From NCBI GenBank assembly GCA_000991205.1, contig LBRC01000001.1, positions 1 through 47,664 on the forward strand: DNA of 47,664 bases, written 5' to 3'. Made by a program: the position numbers and the translations under genes. This document shows positions 1 to 10,396 of the stretch, piece after piece. The notes beneath the pieces were generated by a model. That model saw only the letters and a program-made list of their open reading frames with translations. It did not search any database and was not told the origin of the DNA. Origin of the DNA: Parcubacteria group bacterium GW2011_GWA2_36_10. Its GTDB lineage: Bacteria > Patescibacteriota > Patescibacteriia > UBA1558 > GWA2-36-10. Within the stretch, counting starts at the first letter, position 1. The number at the start of each line of letters is the position of its first letter.

Positions 1-1049
1 AATAAAAATGGCCAAGCTAAAAATAATAAATAAATAATCAAACCAAGCATCCCTGTCTCAACTAAATAATCTAAATACTGATTATGCGCTTTATCAAACC
101 ACATTGGCGTGCCTGGTCCAGTATAAATCTTATTATCTAAATATTTGTTAAAAACAATTTGAAAATTATTTCGTCCCCAGCCAAGCATTGGTTTATCTAA
201 AAATCCCTGATAAGCAGCATCCCAAGCTACCAATCTGGTTTCTACAGTTGCATCGTCTAAAGTAACTCGTCTGTGTCTTTGATCAGAAATAAAATATAGG
301 CTAAGAAAAGAAAAAATTACTAAAATGCTAGCTATTTTTAAAGCACGCCAATTTTTGGTTTTAATAAATTGGCAAATTTGCCAAAGAGCTAAAAATAATA
401 AGCTCACAAATAAGGCTAGCCAAGCACCACGAGATTGTGTCCAGTAAATAATAGGCACACTAAAAACTGCCACCGCTAAATGTAAATATCGATATTTATG
501 TTCAGATACAAATAAAAATAAACTCAAATAAAAAGCTAATAATAAATAATGAGCTAAAAAATTAGCATTACCAATCAAAGCATACACGCGTCCAGCTTGA
601 TCATCAGCCATAAACCAGAAAGAAAATTTTTGTCCCCAAGCCCAAATAATAGTGGCTAAAAAAATCAACTGCTGGGTAAAAAATAATTTTTGCCAAGCTG
701 TCTTATATTTAAAAGCAATAAGTATGGCAATAAAAAATATTAAAAACGGCCAGTAATAAAATAAGCCATCCATCCTTTGCCAGTCACCCCAAAAACTACG
801 ATTATAATCTACACTAAATAAAGCTAAGACAAATTGCAAAATAAACCAGCTAACTAGTACTAGAAAATATTTATTTTGCCATAAATTTTTAGTTTGTGCT
901 AAAAAATAGAAAACTAAGGGCAAAGTCAATAAAATAAAAGTAAAGAAATAAAAATACTGGCTAGTGACATAAGGCTGAAAAAAATGTAAATCTAAAAATA
1001 GTGGCGTAAAGAGAGTTAATATTAATAAATATTGTAAAAGCTTTTTCAT
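1..1049 (-). CDS. O-antigen ligase/Wzy_C family membrane protein (3' end runs off window)
   Basis: Absent from the ORF track, translated by hand from ATG at 1049: MKKLLQYLLILTLFTPLFLD...FWGDWQRMDG...LIGNANFLAHYL...TQSRGAWLA...ETRLVAWDAAYQGFLDKPMLGWG...WFDKAHNQYLD. These are the same motifs as the neighbouring paralog. Confidence 0.88.
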   Translation of the reverse strand, partial: MKKLLQYLLILTLFTPLFLDLHFFQPYVTSQYFYFFTFILLTLPLVFYFLAQTKNLWQNKYFLVLVSWFILQFVLALFSVDYNRSFWGDWQRMDGLFYYWPFLIFFIAILIAFKYKTAWQKLFFTQQLIFLATIIWAWGQKFSFWFMADDQAGRVYALIGNANFLAHYLLLAFYLSLFLFVSEHKYRYLHLAVAVFSVPIIYWTQSRGAWLALFVSLLFLALWQICQFIKTKNWRALKIASILVIFSFLSLYFISDQRHRRVTLDDATVETRLVAWDAAYQGFLDKPMLGWGRNNFQIVFNKYLDNKIYTGPGTPMWFDKAHNQYLDYLVETGMLGLIIYLLFLAWPFL

Positions 1050-1057
1050 CTGTAGAC

Positions 1058-3163
1058 TTATTTGACCAAATATTTATTGAGAGTTTCTTTTAAAATAGTC
1101 TCTGTAGCTGGCAAAGAGTTAACAAAATTATTAAGCTGCGTTATTTCTGTATCCAAAAAATCAACTTGATTATTTTTTTGATTTAAAACTACAATATTTT
1201 GCAAAGAAAAATCTACACCCACTAAATCTTTAGCAGTCACCGCTACTCTAAAATTATTCCAATAAACTGCTTTGGCCCAAGGTGCTAAATCAACTAATTG
1301 TTGTGCCACAATTATCGCTTTATCTACTTTATTGTTAGCTAAATAAGCACTAGTCAAACGCAATAAAGTGTCTGGTCTTTGCGGTGCTAGCTGATGTAAA
1401 TGCTCTAGTAAAACAATATTTTTTTCCACAAATTCTGGCTGGTAAGTCTGAAAAGTACTATAAAAATCTACCAAAAAGAAAGCCATCCGCACATCATCTG
1501 GATATTTATTTACTATATCTTCTAAAACAAGTGCTGTTTTATTAAAAAATTCTGTCTTAACTTTAGTATCTACACTTTGATTTTGCACTAAAGCTAAAGT
1601 AACTTTTTGCAAATTTTCTGTTTTTTCTTTTATCCCTAAATAAGAGGCATTAAAAGACCTGTCCCAAGAGTCTAGAGCCATGCTTAAATCCGCTGTTGTT
1701 TTAGCATTGTAAGAATAGCTTAAAAATTTTATCAAAGATAAATTACTACTTAAAGAAGAAAAATAAAAAAAATATACACTTAAAATTAAAAAAATCGTAG
1801 ATAAACTAAGACCAATAAAATATTTATACTTAGTAAAAAGATTAAAAAATTTATCCAAAGAAATATTAGCATTTTCTTGCCATAAAAAGGCTAAGATGAG
1901 ATATAAAATAATATTGGTATTGACGCTATCAAAAATAAACAAATCATGCACTAAAAAACTTAATAAAAAAGCTGACCAAAATAAAGAAAAAAACCATTCA
2001 TTTTTATCTTTCAAATATTTTTTATACAATAAATAAATAAGATAAAAAAATACACTTAAATACAAAATAAAACCAACTATACCGCCTTGCACTAAATGCT
2101 GGACTAAAATATTATGTGGCCGATCAAACCAAACTTCAGAACCAGTATCATGAAAAATTTCTATCGGAAAATATTTATTAAACACATAAATAAAATTTTC
2201 TTCCCCCCAGCCAAAAATTGGTTTTTCTTTTACACCTTCCAAGCTATTACGCCAAATCATAAGTCTTGATTGAGCGGTGGTATCACTCAAAGAAATATTA
2301 GAAATTTTACTAAACAAAGAAACATCTTTTACCCAAGTAGCTTGTTTTTGGGTAAATAATAAAGTCACAAAAGTAAAAATAGCTATTAATAAAATTAAAG
2401 CGCCATAATAAAACTTATTTCTATCTTTTCTTTGCACTAACAAATATCCCAAAACAAATAAAACCGCAAAAACTAATAAACCTAAAAACGCTCCTCTAGT
2501 TTGAGTGCTGATTAAAATAAAGATAAACAAAATTAAACTACCAATATAAAAATAACGCCAGATAACTTTACGCCACTCCACTTTTAGTAAATAAATAGCC
2601 AGAAAACTATGCAACATCAAATAAGAAGCCACATAAGCTGCATTACCCATCAAAGCGGTTAATCTGACACCACCAGTAGAAGCCATGACAAAACTCCAGC
2701 CAAGCCTCTGTCCCAAGGCTATCAAAGCAGTGATTATTGCGCTAAATAAAGAAATTTTAAAAAAACCGTACCATTGTTCTTTATTTTTAAAGATGCCTAG
2801 CAAAACAATGACATATAATATAATATGTAACCAATTTACCAGGCCATCCATACGCTCAAAATTGCTCCAAAAACTATAAGCAAAATGCCCACCTAAAATA
2901 CTAGAAATTGTCAAAGAAATAACAAATAAAAAAAATAAAATAAAACCTTTATTAAATCTTGGCCTAAAATTTATATCTACTATAGATAAATAAAGGCACA
3001 AACTGAAAACAATATCTATAATTAAACGAAAAAATAAATTTCTCGGTACAATAAAGGGAAAATAAAAATTTTGTAAGAGAATTAAAGGCGTAAATAAGAT
3101 TAAAGCTAAACCAATTTTGATAGCCGTAACTAAATGGCGATGTGATGATGAGGAATTAAGCAT
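1058..3163 (-). CDS. O-antigen ligase/Wzy_C family protein with C-terminal TPR-like domain (putative O-oligosaccharyltransferase)
   Basis: Many TM helices; motifs ERMDG, GNAAY, TQTRGAFLG, SRLMIW...KPIFGWG, FDRPHN; helical soluble C-terminus. Confidence 0.88.
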   Translation of the reverse strand: MLNSSSSHRHLVTAIKIGLALILFTPLILLQNFYFPFIVPRNLFFRLIIDIVFSLCLYLSIVDINFRPRFNKGFILFFLFVISLTISSILGGHFAYSFWSNFERMDGLVNWLHIILYVIVLLGIFKNKEQWYGFFKISLFSAIITALIALGQRLGWSFVMASTGGVRLTALMGNAAYVASYLMLHSFLAIYLLKVEWRKVIWRYFYIGSLILFIFILISTQTRGAFLGLLVFAVLFVLGYLLVQRKDRNKFYYGALILLIAIFTFVTLLFTQKQATWVKDVSLFSKISNISLSDTTAQSRLMIWRNSLEGVKEKPIFGWGEENFIYVFNKYFPIEIFHDTGSEVWFDRPHNILVQHLVQGGIVGFILYLSVFFYLIYLLYKKYLKDKNEWFFSLFWSAFLLSFLVHDLFIFDSVNTNIILYLILAFLWQENANISLDKFFNLFTKYKYFIGLSLSTIFLILSVYFFYFSSLSSNLSLIKFLSYSYNAKTTADLSMALDSWDRSFNASYLGIKEKTENLQKVTLALVQNQSVDTKVKTEFFNKTALVLEDIVNKYPDDVRMAFFLVDFYSTFQTYQPEFVEKNIVLLEHLHQLAPQRPDTLLRLTSAYLANNKVDKAIIVAQQLVDLAPWAKAVYWNNFRVAVTAKDLVGVDFSLQNIVVLNQKNNQVDFLDTEITQLNNFVNSLPATETILKETLNKYLVK

Positions 3164-3194
3164 AAAAAAATAAACTAATGATAAAAATTAATAT

Positions 3195-3224
3195 TTGACA
3201 AAATATGGGTATTTTTATTATAAT
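3195..3224 (+). promoter_or_regulatory. sigma70-type promoter for the sugar transferase
   Basis: Perfect TTGACA (3195-3200), 18-nt spacer, TATAAT (3219-3224), 27 nt before ATG 3252. Confidence 0.75.
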
Positions 3225-3251
3225 ATAAAAAGTTAAGAAAAACAACTATAT

Positions 3252-4619
3252 ATGAAAAAAGTATTACTTTTATTGGGAGATGTGGCCATATTATTTAGTA
3301 GTTTAGCCATAACTCTACGTATCAGATTTGGCCATCTAAACCAAGAATTATGGCAAAGCCACTTTTGGCCATTTACCATCATCTTCATTTTATGGCTAAT
3401 TGTCTTTTTTATCAATGGTCTATACGAAATACGCAAAGTGCGCAATGACTATAAATTTTACGGCCAATTAGTTAATAATCTACTAGTCAATGTCCTAATC
3501 GCCTTTTCTTTCTTCTACTTTATCTTGGGTCGTTTTAGCGATATCAAACCACAGACTGTTTTAATTATCTTAATTATTATCTTTGCCGTTTTGTGGATCT
3601 TATGGCGTAAAATATTCTTCTCCCTAATATCTAGCGCAAAATTATCTAATAATCTAGTCATTATCGGCATCAGCCCAGAATCTTTACTACTAGCCGAGGA
3701 AATCATCACTAAACCACACTTGGGTTATAGTTTAAAATTATTTTTTAACCCAGATTTCTCTAGTATCCCAGAAAAATTTCAAATTATCCCTAGTAAAAAA
3801 GATTTGCTTGATCTCAAAAACGAATTAATCAAATACAAAATAGACACAATTGTCGTAGTAAATAATCCTAAGTATAGCCCAGAAGTAGCTAGACATTTAT
3901 TTGAAAGTATTGACCTGAATGTAAACTATTTCAATTTAACTGATTTCTACGAAAAAATTACCGGTAAGATTTTAATCAGTTCTTTAGAAAGAAGTTGGTT
4001 TTTTGAAAATCTTAGCCAAAAAAATAATCGTTTATTTTTACTGATTAAACGTTTTTATGACTTATTATTTGCTAGTGTTTTTGGTCTTGTGTCTTTAATT
4101 TTCCTACCAATTCTTGCTTTAGCTATCAAGCTGGAAAGTAAAGGACCATTAATATACAAACAAACCAGAGTTGGTTTAAGAGGGAAAGAATTTTATGCTT
4201 ATAAATTCCGCTCCATGATCATGGATGCTGAAAAAAATACCGGAGCCCAATGGGCTGCAACTAAAGACAAAAGAGTCACTAGAACAGGTAAATTTATCCG
4301 TAAAAGTCGTATTGATGAAATTCCACAATTTTGGAATATTTTAAAAGGAGAAATGAGTTTTGTGGGTCCTCGTCCGGAAAGACCTGAATTTGTCGAGACT
4401 CTAAAAAAAGAAATACCTTTCTTTAATGAAAGGCATTTAGTTAAACCAGGCTTAACTGGTTGGGCACAAATTAATTTTCCTTATGGCGCTAGTGTAGAAG
4501 ATGCTAAAGAAAAATTACAATACGATTTATTTTATATCAAGAATCAAAGTATTGCTCTAGATATTTCTATTATTTTAAAAACTATCAATACTATTTTTAA
4601 TCGTAGTTTAGGGAGATAA
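3252..4619 (+). CDS. Polyprenyl-phosphate glycosylphosphotransferase (WcaJ/WbaP family priming sugar transferase)
   Basis: N-terminal TMs plus Bac_transf motifs KFRSM, DKRVT, RIDEIPQFWNILKGEMSFVGPRPE, KPGLTGWAQ, YDLFYIKN. Confidence 0.95.
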   Translation: MKKVLLLLGDVAILFSSLAITLRIRFGHLNQELWQSHFWPFTIIFILWLIVFFINGLYEIRKVRNDYKFYGQLVNNLLVNVLIAFSFFYFILGRFSDIKPQTVLIILIIIFAVLWILWRKIFFSLISSAKLSNNLVIIGISPESLLLAEEIITKPHLGYSLKLFFNPDFSSIPEKFQIIPSKKDLLDLKNELIKYKIDTIVVVNNPKYSPEVARHLFESIDLNVNYFNLTDFYEKITGKILISSLERSWFFENLSQKNNRLFLLIKRFYDLLFASVFGLVSLIFLPILALAIKLESKGPLIYKQTRVGLRGKEFYAYKFRSMIMDAEKNTGAQWAATKDKRVTRTGKFIRKSRIDEIPQFWNILKGEMSFVGPRPERPEFVETLKKEIPFFNERHLVKPGLTGWAQINFPYGASVEDAKEKLQYDLFYIKNQSIALDISIILKTINTIFNRSLGR

Positions 4620-4621
4620 AA

Positions 4622-4900
4622 TTAATTATTTATTAATTCACGATAATAATTAATTTGTTTTTCAATCAAAATTTTGGAATTATAATTAGCCAAAACATGC
4701 TGACGACCATTAATAGAAAACTCTTTCCATTGTTTTCTATTTTTTATTGCCAAAAGTATTTTCTCTGCCAAAACATTATAATCATTTTCTGGGGCCAACC
4801 AACCGTTGTATCCTTCTATGACCTGTTCTGGCAATCCACTGTGCTTAGTCGTTATCACTGGCACACCAGACGCTAAAGATTGTGATATAATGAGATTCAT
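4622..4900 (-). CDS. C-terminal part of a split WcaL-like GT4 glycosyltransferase
   Basis: SLASGVPVITTKHSGLPEQVIEGYNGWL matches the GT4 C-terminal segment; own ATG 11 nt after the stop of the N-terminal part. Confidence 0.75.
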   Translation of the reverse strand: MNLIISQSLASGVPVITTKHSGLPEQVIEGYNGWLAPENDYNVLAEKILLAIKNRKQWKEFSINGRQHVLANYNSKILIEKQINYYRELINN

Positions 4901-4911
4901 ATTCTTATAAA

Positions 4912-5859
4912 TTATTCCATATCGCCGTTCTTGGCGGTTTTAGATGGCTGAATAAATAAATCAATATTTTTGAAAAAATTTAAAACTTCTTCAACTTGCA
5001 TATAACCATGATAAGTGACTATATCATTTATATTTAAATCAGTTGTTAGCTTTTTTAAATCTTCCTCTAAAGGTCCACCGCCAATAATATGACATTTTAT
5101 ATTTTTAGCGGTCTTTTTTTTGACAATTTCCAAAGCTCTCAATAAATCATCGAAGCCTTTCTTTTCAACAAATCTACCAACAGAAGCAATATCTATACTA
5201 TCTGAATTATTCACTCTTGATTGAAAATGATACTCTTCTACATCAATGCCGACTGGATGAACTATTACTTTGTCCGCATCGAAACCATACCGCACAACTC
5301 TTTGCTTCATATCTTCTGACATGACAAAAAATAAACTACCTATTTTTTTTAACTTATCATAATAACTTTTACCTTTAGTTTTGAAAAGATGACTTACATC
5401 ATAACCATAAAATGTAGTGATAATCTTTACTTTTATATTTAATATTTCTCTGATTATTAAAAATTTATTGGCAGTAGTGCCAAAATGACAATGCACAATA
5501 TCAAATTTCTTACCCAAAAATGGCTCTATCCAAAATAATAGTTTTAAAGATAAGGCGTTTCGTCCATATTTTTTAGCATTAAAAACATCTTTCAATAATG
5601 CCGGTTGAGAAAATAAAATTCTCAAAAACTTAGGGGCAGCCAAAATTATTCTCTCTATCCAGCTATGAGGCCAAACTAGATAATGCGTTCTTTGTTGCAT
5701 TTTATAATCAAAAAACTTTTGACTAATATTATGGTCAATTTTTACTTTGTCTAAAGCAAATATCTGCACATCTATTCCATGATCTAATAGACCCGCTACT
5801 TGATCAATAATAAATGTGGAAATAGTTGGAAAATCTCCTACAATAAAAGCTACTTTCAT
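4912..5859 (-). CDS. N-terminal part of a split WcaL-like GT4 glycosyltransferase
   Basis: HCHFG, TTFYGYDVS, VGRFVEKKG, PSKTAKNGDME followed by TAA exactly at the acidic motif. Confidence 0.8.
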   Translation of the reverse strand: MKVAFIVGDFPTISTFIIDQVAGLLDHGIDVQIFALDKVKIDHNISQKFFDYKMQQRTHYLVWPHSWIERIILAAPKFLRILFSQPALLKDVFNAKKYGRNALSLKLLFWIEPFLGKKFDIVHCHFGTTANKFLIIREILNIKVKIITTFYGYDVSHLFKTKGKSYYDKLKKIGSLFFVMSEDMKQRVVRYGFDADKVIVHPVGIDVEEYHFQSRVNNSDSIDIASVGRFVEKKGFDDLLRALEIVKKKTAKNIKCHIIGGGPLEEDLKKLTTDLNINDIVTYHGYMQVEEVLNFFKNIDLFIQPSKTAKNGDME

Positions 5860-6959
5860 TTGTAAAATTCCTTAATGGATTTAATAACATAATCAATTTC
5901 TCCGTTGGTCATCTCTGGATAAATAGGCAAAGAAACTATTTCTTGCATAATTTTCACTGTCTCTAGTAAAGCGTAATCTTTAACTTTTAAAAAAGCATAA
6001 GCTGGTTGTTGAAAAATTGGCTTAGGATAATGCACGCCAGTTTGCACACCGTGTGTATTTAAAAAATCACGAAATTTTTCTCTGCTTTGGCATCGAATCA
6101 CAAAAAGATGCCAAACTGCTTGATAAATTTTATCATTTTTCGGTGGCAAAATGATTGGCAAATTTTTTAAACTAGCTAAATACATACTAGCTATTGCCTC
6201 TCTACGTTGATTCCATTTGTCTACCTTTTTTAAATCTGTATTTAAAAAAGAAGCTTGTATTTCGTCTAAACGACTATTACCGCCTTCATAAATATTATTA
6301 AATTTAGCCTCTTCGCCATAATTTCTCAAAGCTTTAATCTTTAAAGCTAAGTCTTTATTTTTAGTCACAATCGCACCCGCGTCACCAAAAGCACCAAGAT
6401 TTTTAGTGGGGTAAAAACTAAAACAAGCAATATCGCCAAAAGTACCAACTTTTTTATGCTTATAGATAGCTCCAAAAGCTTGTGCCACATCTTCTACGAC
6501 GTATAAAGAATGTTTTTTAGCTAATGATAAAATACTTGTCATATCAGCTGGTCGCCCATATAAATGCACTGGTAAAATAGCTTTTGTTTTTTTAGAAATT
6601 TTCTTTTCGATTAAAGCTACGTCTATATTAAAATCATCAGGATTAACATCGACAAAAATTGGTGTAGCACCAGTCATACGGATAGCAGAAATCGTAGGTG
6701 TAGCGGTATTAGCTACTGTAATTACCTCATCACCATTACCGATATTTAAAGCTTTTAAAGCTAAAAATATTGCGTCTGTGCCAGAATTTACACCAATGGC
6801 ATACTTGATATCTAAATAAATTGCTAAATTTTTTTCAAAATTATCTAATTCTGGGCCTAAAATAAACCAACCATTTTTAAAAACTTTTTCTATGGCTAAA
6901 TTAATATCTTTTTTATTGTTCTGATATTTACGAACAAAATTGTTAAATAAAACTTTCAT
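5856..6959 (-). CDS. DegT/DnrJ/EryC1/StrS PLP-dependent sugar aminotransferase (FdtB/QdtB-like)
   Basis: SGTDA, PVHLYG, EDVAQAFGA, SFYPTKNLGAFGDAG, NSRLDEIQA. Confidence 0.95.
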   Translation of the reverse strand: MKVLFNNFVRKYQNNKKDINLAIEKVFKNGWFILGPELDNFEKNLAIYLDIKYAIGVNSGTDAIFLALKALNIGNGDEVITVANTATPTISAIRMTGATPIFVDVNPDDFNIDVALIEKKISKKTKAILPVHLYGRPADMTSILSLAKKHSLYVVEDVAQAFGAIYKHKKVGTFGDIACFSFYPTKNLGAFGDAGAIVTKNKDLALKIKALRNYGEEAKFNNIYEGGNSRLDEIQASFLNTDLKKVDKWNQRREAIASMYLASLKNLPIILPPKNDKIYQAVWHLFVIRCQSREKFRDFLNTHGVQTGVHYPKPIFQQPAYAFLKVKDYALLETVKIMQEIVSLPIYPEMTNGEIDYVIKSIKEFYK

Positions 6960-6967
6960 AGTTTATT

Positions 6968-8188
6968 TTATATTTTTATATACTTTAAAAATTCATTATA
7001 ATCTCTAATATAATCTGCTTCATCGTAATAATCGGCAGAAAAAACTAAAATTACACAATCATTAGAAAAATTAGACATTTCATGCCATAGTTTAACTCCT
7101 AACCTAATGCCATAATATGGACTATCTAAAATTAATTCTTGCTTATTTGCACCATCATCCAATAATAGTTTAAAACTTCCGTTAACACAAAAAATGTATT
7201 GTTCTAATTTTTTATGAGCATGTTTGCCTCTGATGGCGGTTTGGTTGCCTAAATTCGTTATATAATAAACCCTTTTGATATCAAATGGCACGCTTCTTTG
7301 TGATTCAGCAATCACCAGATTACCATCAGCATGATCATCGAAATACTTAAGTCTCACCACGCCAGAATGTTTGACTTTGATATTATCATCTTGACTATCT
7401 GTAATATTTTCTTTTTTTCTCGCGACAAAAAGAATCTCGAAACCAAAATTTTTAGAAAAAAATCTATTAGTAAATTTATCTAAAAATTTAGTCACGCGAT
7501 TAATTGCTTTACCTAAAAATTTAAAAAATGGGCTAATATACTTTAATCTAAAAACACCGTAAGCTGGATAAAAACCATCTTCAGAAACTAATAAGAGATC
7601 ATTTTTTATTACTAAATCTTTTAAATCACTGTGAGAATATGATCTTTCAAAATGATAAAGATATTTTTTTCTACTTAATTTTATCAATAATTTATAAATA
7701 GAGTGAAAATTATATTTATTCACACCAGATACCATCATCAATCCACCAGGCTTTAAAATTCTCTTCATCTCCCTAATAGCGTCTGAATCCCTCGATAAAT
7801 GTTGAATAACCACATCACAAAATATTAAATCAAAATGATTATCTGGAAATGAAAAATTAAATATATCTTCTTGTTTCACCTTCATGTTACTCAAGCTAGA
7901 CCATTGAACTAAATTTTTCATAAAATCCACCGACGACTGCACTATATCACTTAAGACAACTTCTGCCTGAGGGAAATCACGCGCTATTTGTAAACCATAT
8001 CTACCACTACCAGAGCCAACGTCTAATACCTTAAGATTATCTACTTTTGGTATATATTTTTTAAAAACAGGATAGCCTTCCAAAAATAAACGTTGCGTAA
8101 AAAGTGATGTAAAATCTGACTTGGCTTGTCTTTGCCAAAAAGCACCCCAAACCTGATTTACGTCTTCTTGATTTATAACATTTTTCAT
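6968..8188 (-). CDS. Fusion of a class I SAM methyltransferase and an FdtA/QdtA-like cupin (sugar 3,4-ketoisomerase)
   Basis: N-terminal VLDVGSGSG and RILKPGG; C-terminal GNLV...VPFDIKRVYYI...RGKHAHKKLEQ...WHEM...YDEADYIRDY. Confidence 0.88.
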   Translation of the reverse strand: MKNVINQEDVNQVWGAFWQRQAKSDFTSLFTQRLFLEGYPVFKKYIPKVDNLKVLDVGSGSGRYGLQIARDFPQAEVVLSDIVQSSVDFMKNLVQWSSLSNMKVKQEDIFNFSFPDNHFDLIFCDVVIQHLSRDSDAIREMKRILKPGGLMMVSGVNKYNFHSIYKLLIKLSRKKYLYHFERSYSHSDLKDLVIKNDLLLVSEDGFYPAYGVFRLKYISPFFKFLGKAINRVTKFLDKFTNRFFSKNFGFEILFVARKKENITDSQDDNIKVKHSGVVRLKYFDDHADGNLVIAESQRSVPFDIKRVYYITNLGNQTAIRGKHAHKKLEQYIFCVNGSFKLLLDDGANKQELILDSPYYGIRLGVKLWHEMSNFSNDCVILVFSADYYDEADYIRDYNEFLKYIKI

Positions 8189-9690
8189 AAATTTTTTTTA
8201 ATTAATGACAAAGAAGACCTAAATCTTTTACCAAATAATTTATCTAAAAACAAGAGCGCTATTATATAAGATATGATTCCTATAAAAATATAAAAAAATA
8301 AAGCTAAGAGACTATCATTGTGTGATAAAGATTTAGTCATAAAAATTACGGCTAACATAAAAATACTAGCAGAAACTGGTAAACTGAAAATTTCTAAAAA
8401 ACCTAAAAAACCTAAATTAATTTCTTTACGCAATTTAAATAATAAATATAATTGAGCAATAAAACTACTAAATAACACAGCAATAGCTGTACCAAAAGCA
8501 GAAAATTTCAAAGTCAAAAACCACATCAATGGCAACATGATTAAAGCCTGTAAAATTAAAGAAGTACTAGCTACCTTTGGTTTACCTATACCTAAAAATA
8601 ATGGATTAGCAATCAACTCAAAGGCCTTTACTAGCCCTAGTATCACTATAACATATAAAATCTGAGTCATTGGTAGCCATTTCGCACCATAAAAATTTAA
8701 TATTATTTGATAAGATAAAATACCCAGACCAAGTGAAGCGGGAATAGAAAAAGCAAAGATAATTCTAGCTACTTTGATAAACATTTCTCTTAAAAATAAA
8801 CGGTCGCTACTAATTTTAGCAAAAAAAGGAAATAGTAATGCACCCAAAGAGCGCACTATCTCTGTGGCTGGCAAAATACCCAATCCCATGGCTAATTGAT
8901 AAAAACCTAAATTATCTAAGGGCAGTAAATAACCTATTAAGATAGAATCTGCTTTAGTAACCAAAAAGGTGATAATACCTATTAAACTAATCCATTTACC
9001 GTAAGCAAATAAAATTTTTACCTTTTTCCATTCAAAAAGAAACCTTGGCTTAAATGGACAAAATACATAAGATAAAACAACTGCAATCAATCTACCGGTA
9101 ATTACTCCAATAATTAAAGCCCAAACATTTTTTAATACAAAAGCCGCAATGATAGTCAATAAAACTTCAAATAAAACTACTAAAATATCATAAAAAAATT
9201 TCTTATGAAATTCTAAATTTTTTTGCAATAAAACAATGCCAATATTTTCAAAAGCCATCAAAAATAAAACTATAGATAGAACTTGCGATAAAATCACGAC
9301 TTGCGGATTATGAAAAAAAATACCCGCCAAAGGTGAGGCTACAAAAAATAAAACAAAAGCTAAAAATAAATTTCTAAAAAAATTTATAGTCCAAGCGATT
9401 TGTAAATATCTCTGAATATCCCCTTTTATTTGAATAAGAGCATTATTAAAACCCGTTTGCGAAAAAGTTTCCACTAATGACATGGTCAAAGTGGCTAAAG
9501 CAAATAAACCAAAATCGCCTGGAAATAGCAATCTCGCCAAAATTAAAGTTCTAATAAAATAAATAAATTTAATTAATACTCTAACAAAGATAATTAGAAA
9601 ACCACCCCTAGTTACCTGCTGACTCAAAACACTTGAATCTGTCCAAAGACCAAAAAACTTTTTTATAATTTTTTTAAAACTAAGACTCAT
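8185..9690 (-). CDS. wzx: Polysaccharide flippase (Wzx/WzxC-like, MOP superfamily)
   Basis: Many TM helices; ILARLLFPGDFGLFA, LGFYQLA and YGAKWLP motifs. Confidence 0.9.
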   Translation of the reverse strand: MSLSFKKIIKKFFGLWTDSSVLSQQVTRGGFLIIFVRVLIKFIYFIRTLILARLLFPGDFGLFALATLTMSLVETFSQTGFNNALIQIKGDIQRYLQIAWTINFFRNLFLAFVLFFVASPLAGIFFHNPQVVILSQVLSIVLFLMAFENIGIVLLQKNLEFHKKFFYDILVVLFEVLLTIIAAFVLKNVWALIIGVITGRLIAVVLSYVFCPFKPRFLFEWKKVKILFAYGKWISLIGIITFLVTKADSILIGYLLPLDNLGFYQLAMGLGILPATEIVRSLGALLFPFFAKISSDRLFLREMFIKVARIIFAFSIPASLGLGILSYQIILNFYGAKWLPMTQILYVIVILGLVKAFELIANPLFLGIGKPKVASTSLILQALIMLPLMWFLTLKFSAFGTAIAVLFSSFIAQLYLLFKLRKEINLGFLGFLEIFSLPVSASIFMLAVIFMTKSLSHNDSLLALFFYIFIGIISYIIALLFLDKLFGKRFRSSLSLIKKNL

Positions 9691-9694
9691 TGCT

Positions 9695-10396
9695 TTATTT
9701 TTTTAATACCAAGGTATATCCATTTTTAATCTGATATCTAAAGCCCAACACCGAAACTACGCGTTTTAATATTTGCATCAAAATGTCTACTAATAAATAC
9801 TTCGATGACCATCCTCCTTTTACAGGTAAACTTCTATATCGATAAACTAAATCTAAAACTTTATATGAATGTGAGATCACCTTCCGACTCCGATCTTCAC
9901 TTTTGGCTACTAGGTAATTAATAAATACTGGGTCATTATAAGGTTTAATGTGACTTAAATCATCATAAAACCCATTCCACATCAACGGTGTACTCACAAC
10001 TAGTACGCCACCGTTCATTAAAACCCTATCAACTTCTTGTAAAAAATCATACAACTCTTGTTGTTCTAAATGTTCAACAATATGACTTAAATGAATAAAT
10101 GCAACTGTATTATTTTCAAATGGTAATTTATCTGGTATTTTATATTCTAATACATTTTTAAATTTATTCTTTAAATAATCTACTGTTACTTTATTTCCTT
10201 CCAACAAAAATAAGTTATCATACATCTTGGCTAGATCAAATTCTTCAGCAAATTCTGCGATACCACAACCAACATCAATAACAATAGATCCTTTGTCATG
10301 AGGCAAATACTTACTAGCTAATTTATAAAATGGTTGACGTCCATTTTTTGAATAAACTCTACGTAAATGATAATCTTTTATATACTTTTGAATCAT
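9695..10396 (-). CDS. Class I SAM-dependent methyltransferase
   Basis: IDVGCG, SHIVEHL, RVLMNGGVLVVSTP. Confidence 0.88.
   Translation of the reverse strand: MIQKYIKDYHLRRVYSKNGRQPFYKLASKYLPHDKGSIVIDVGCGIAEFAEEFDLAKMYDNLFLLEGNKVTVDYLKNKFKNVLEYKIPDKLPFENNTVAFIHLSHIVEHLEQQELYDFLQEVDRVLMNGGVLVVSTPLMWNGFYDDLSHIKPYNDPVFINYLVAKSEDRSRKVISHSYKVLDLVYRYRSLPVKGGWSSKYLLVDILMQILKRVVSVLGFRYQIKNGYTLVLKK

Noticed and set aside
4901..4914. Stop-codon reassignment (code 25) explaining the split GT4
   Set aside because: The stop is TAA, the halves are in different frames, and other genes read fully in code 11 with some ending in TGA.
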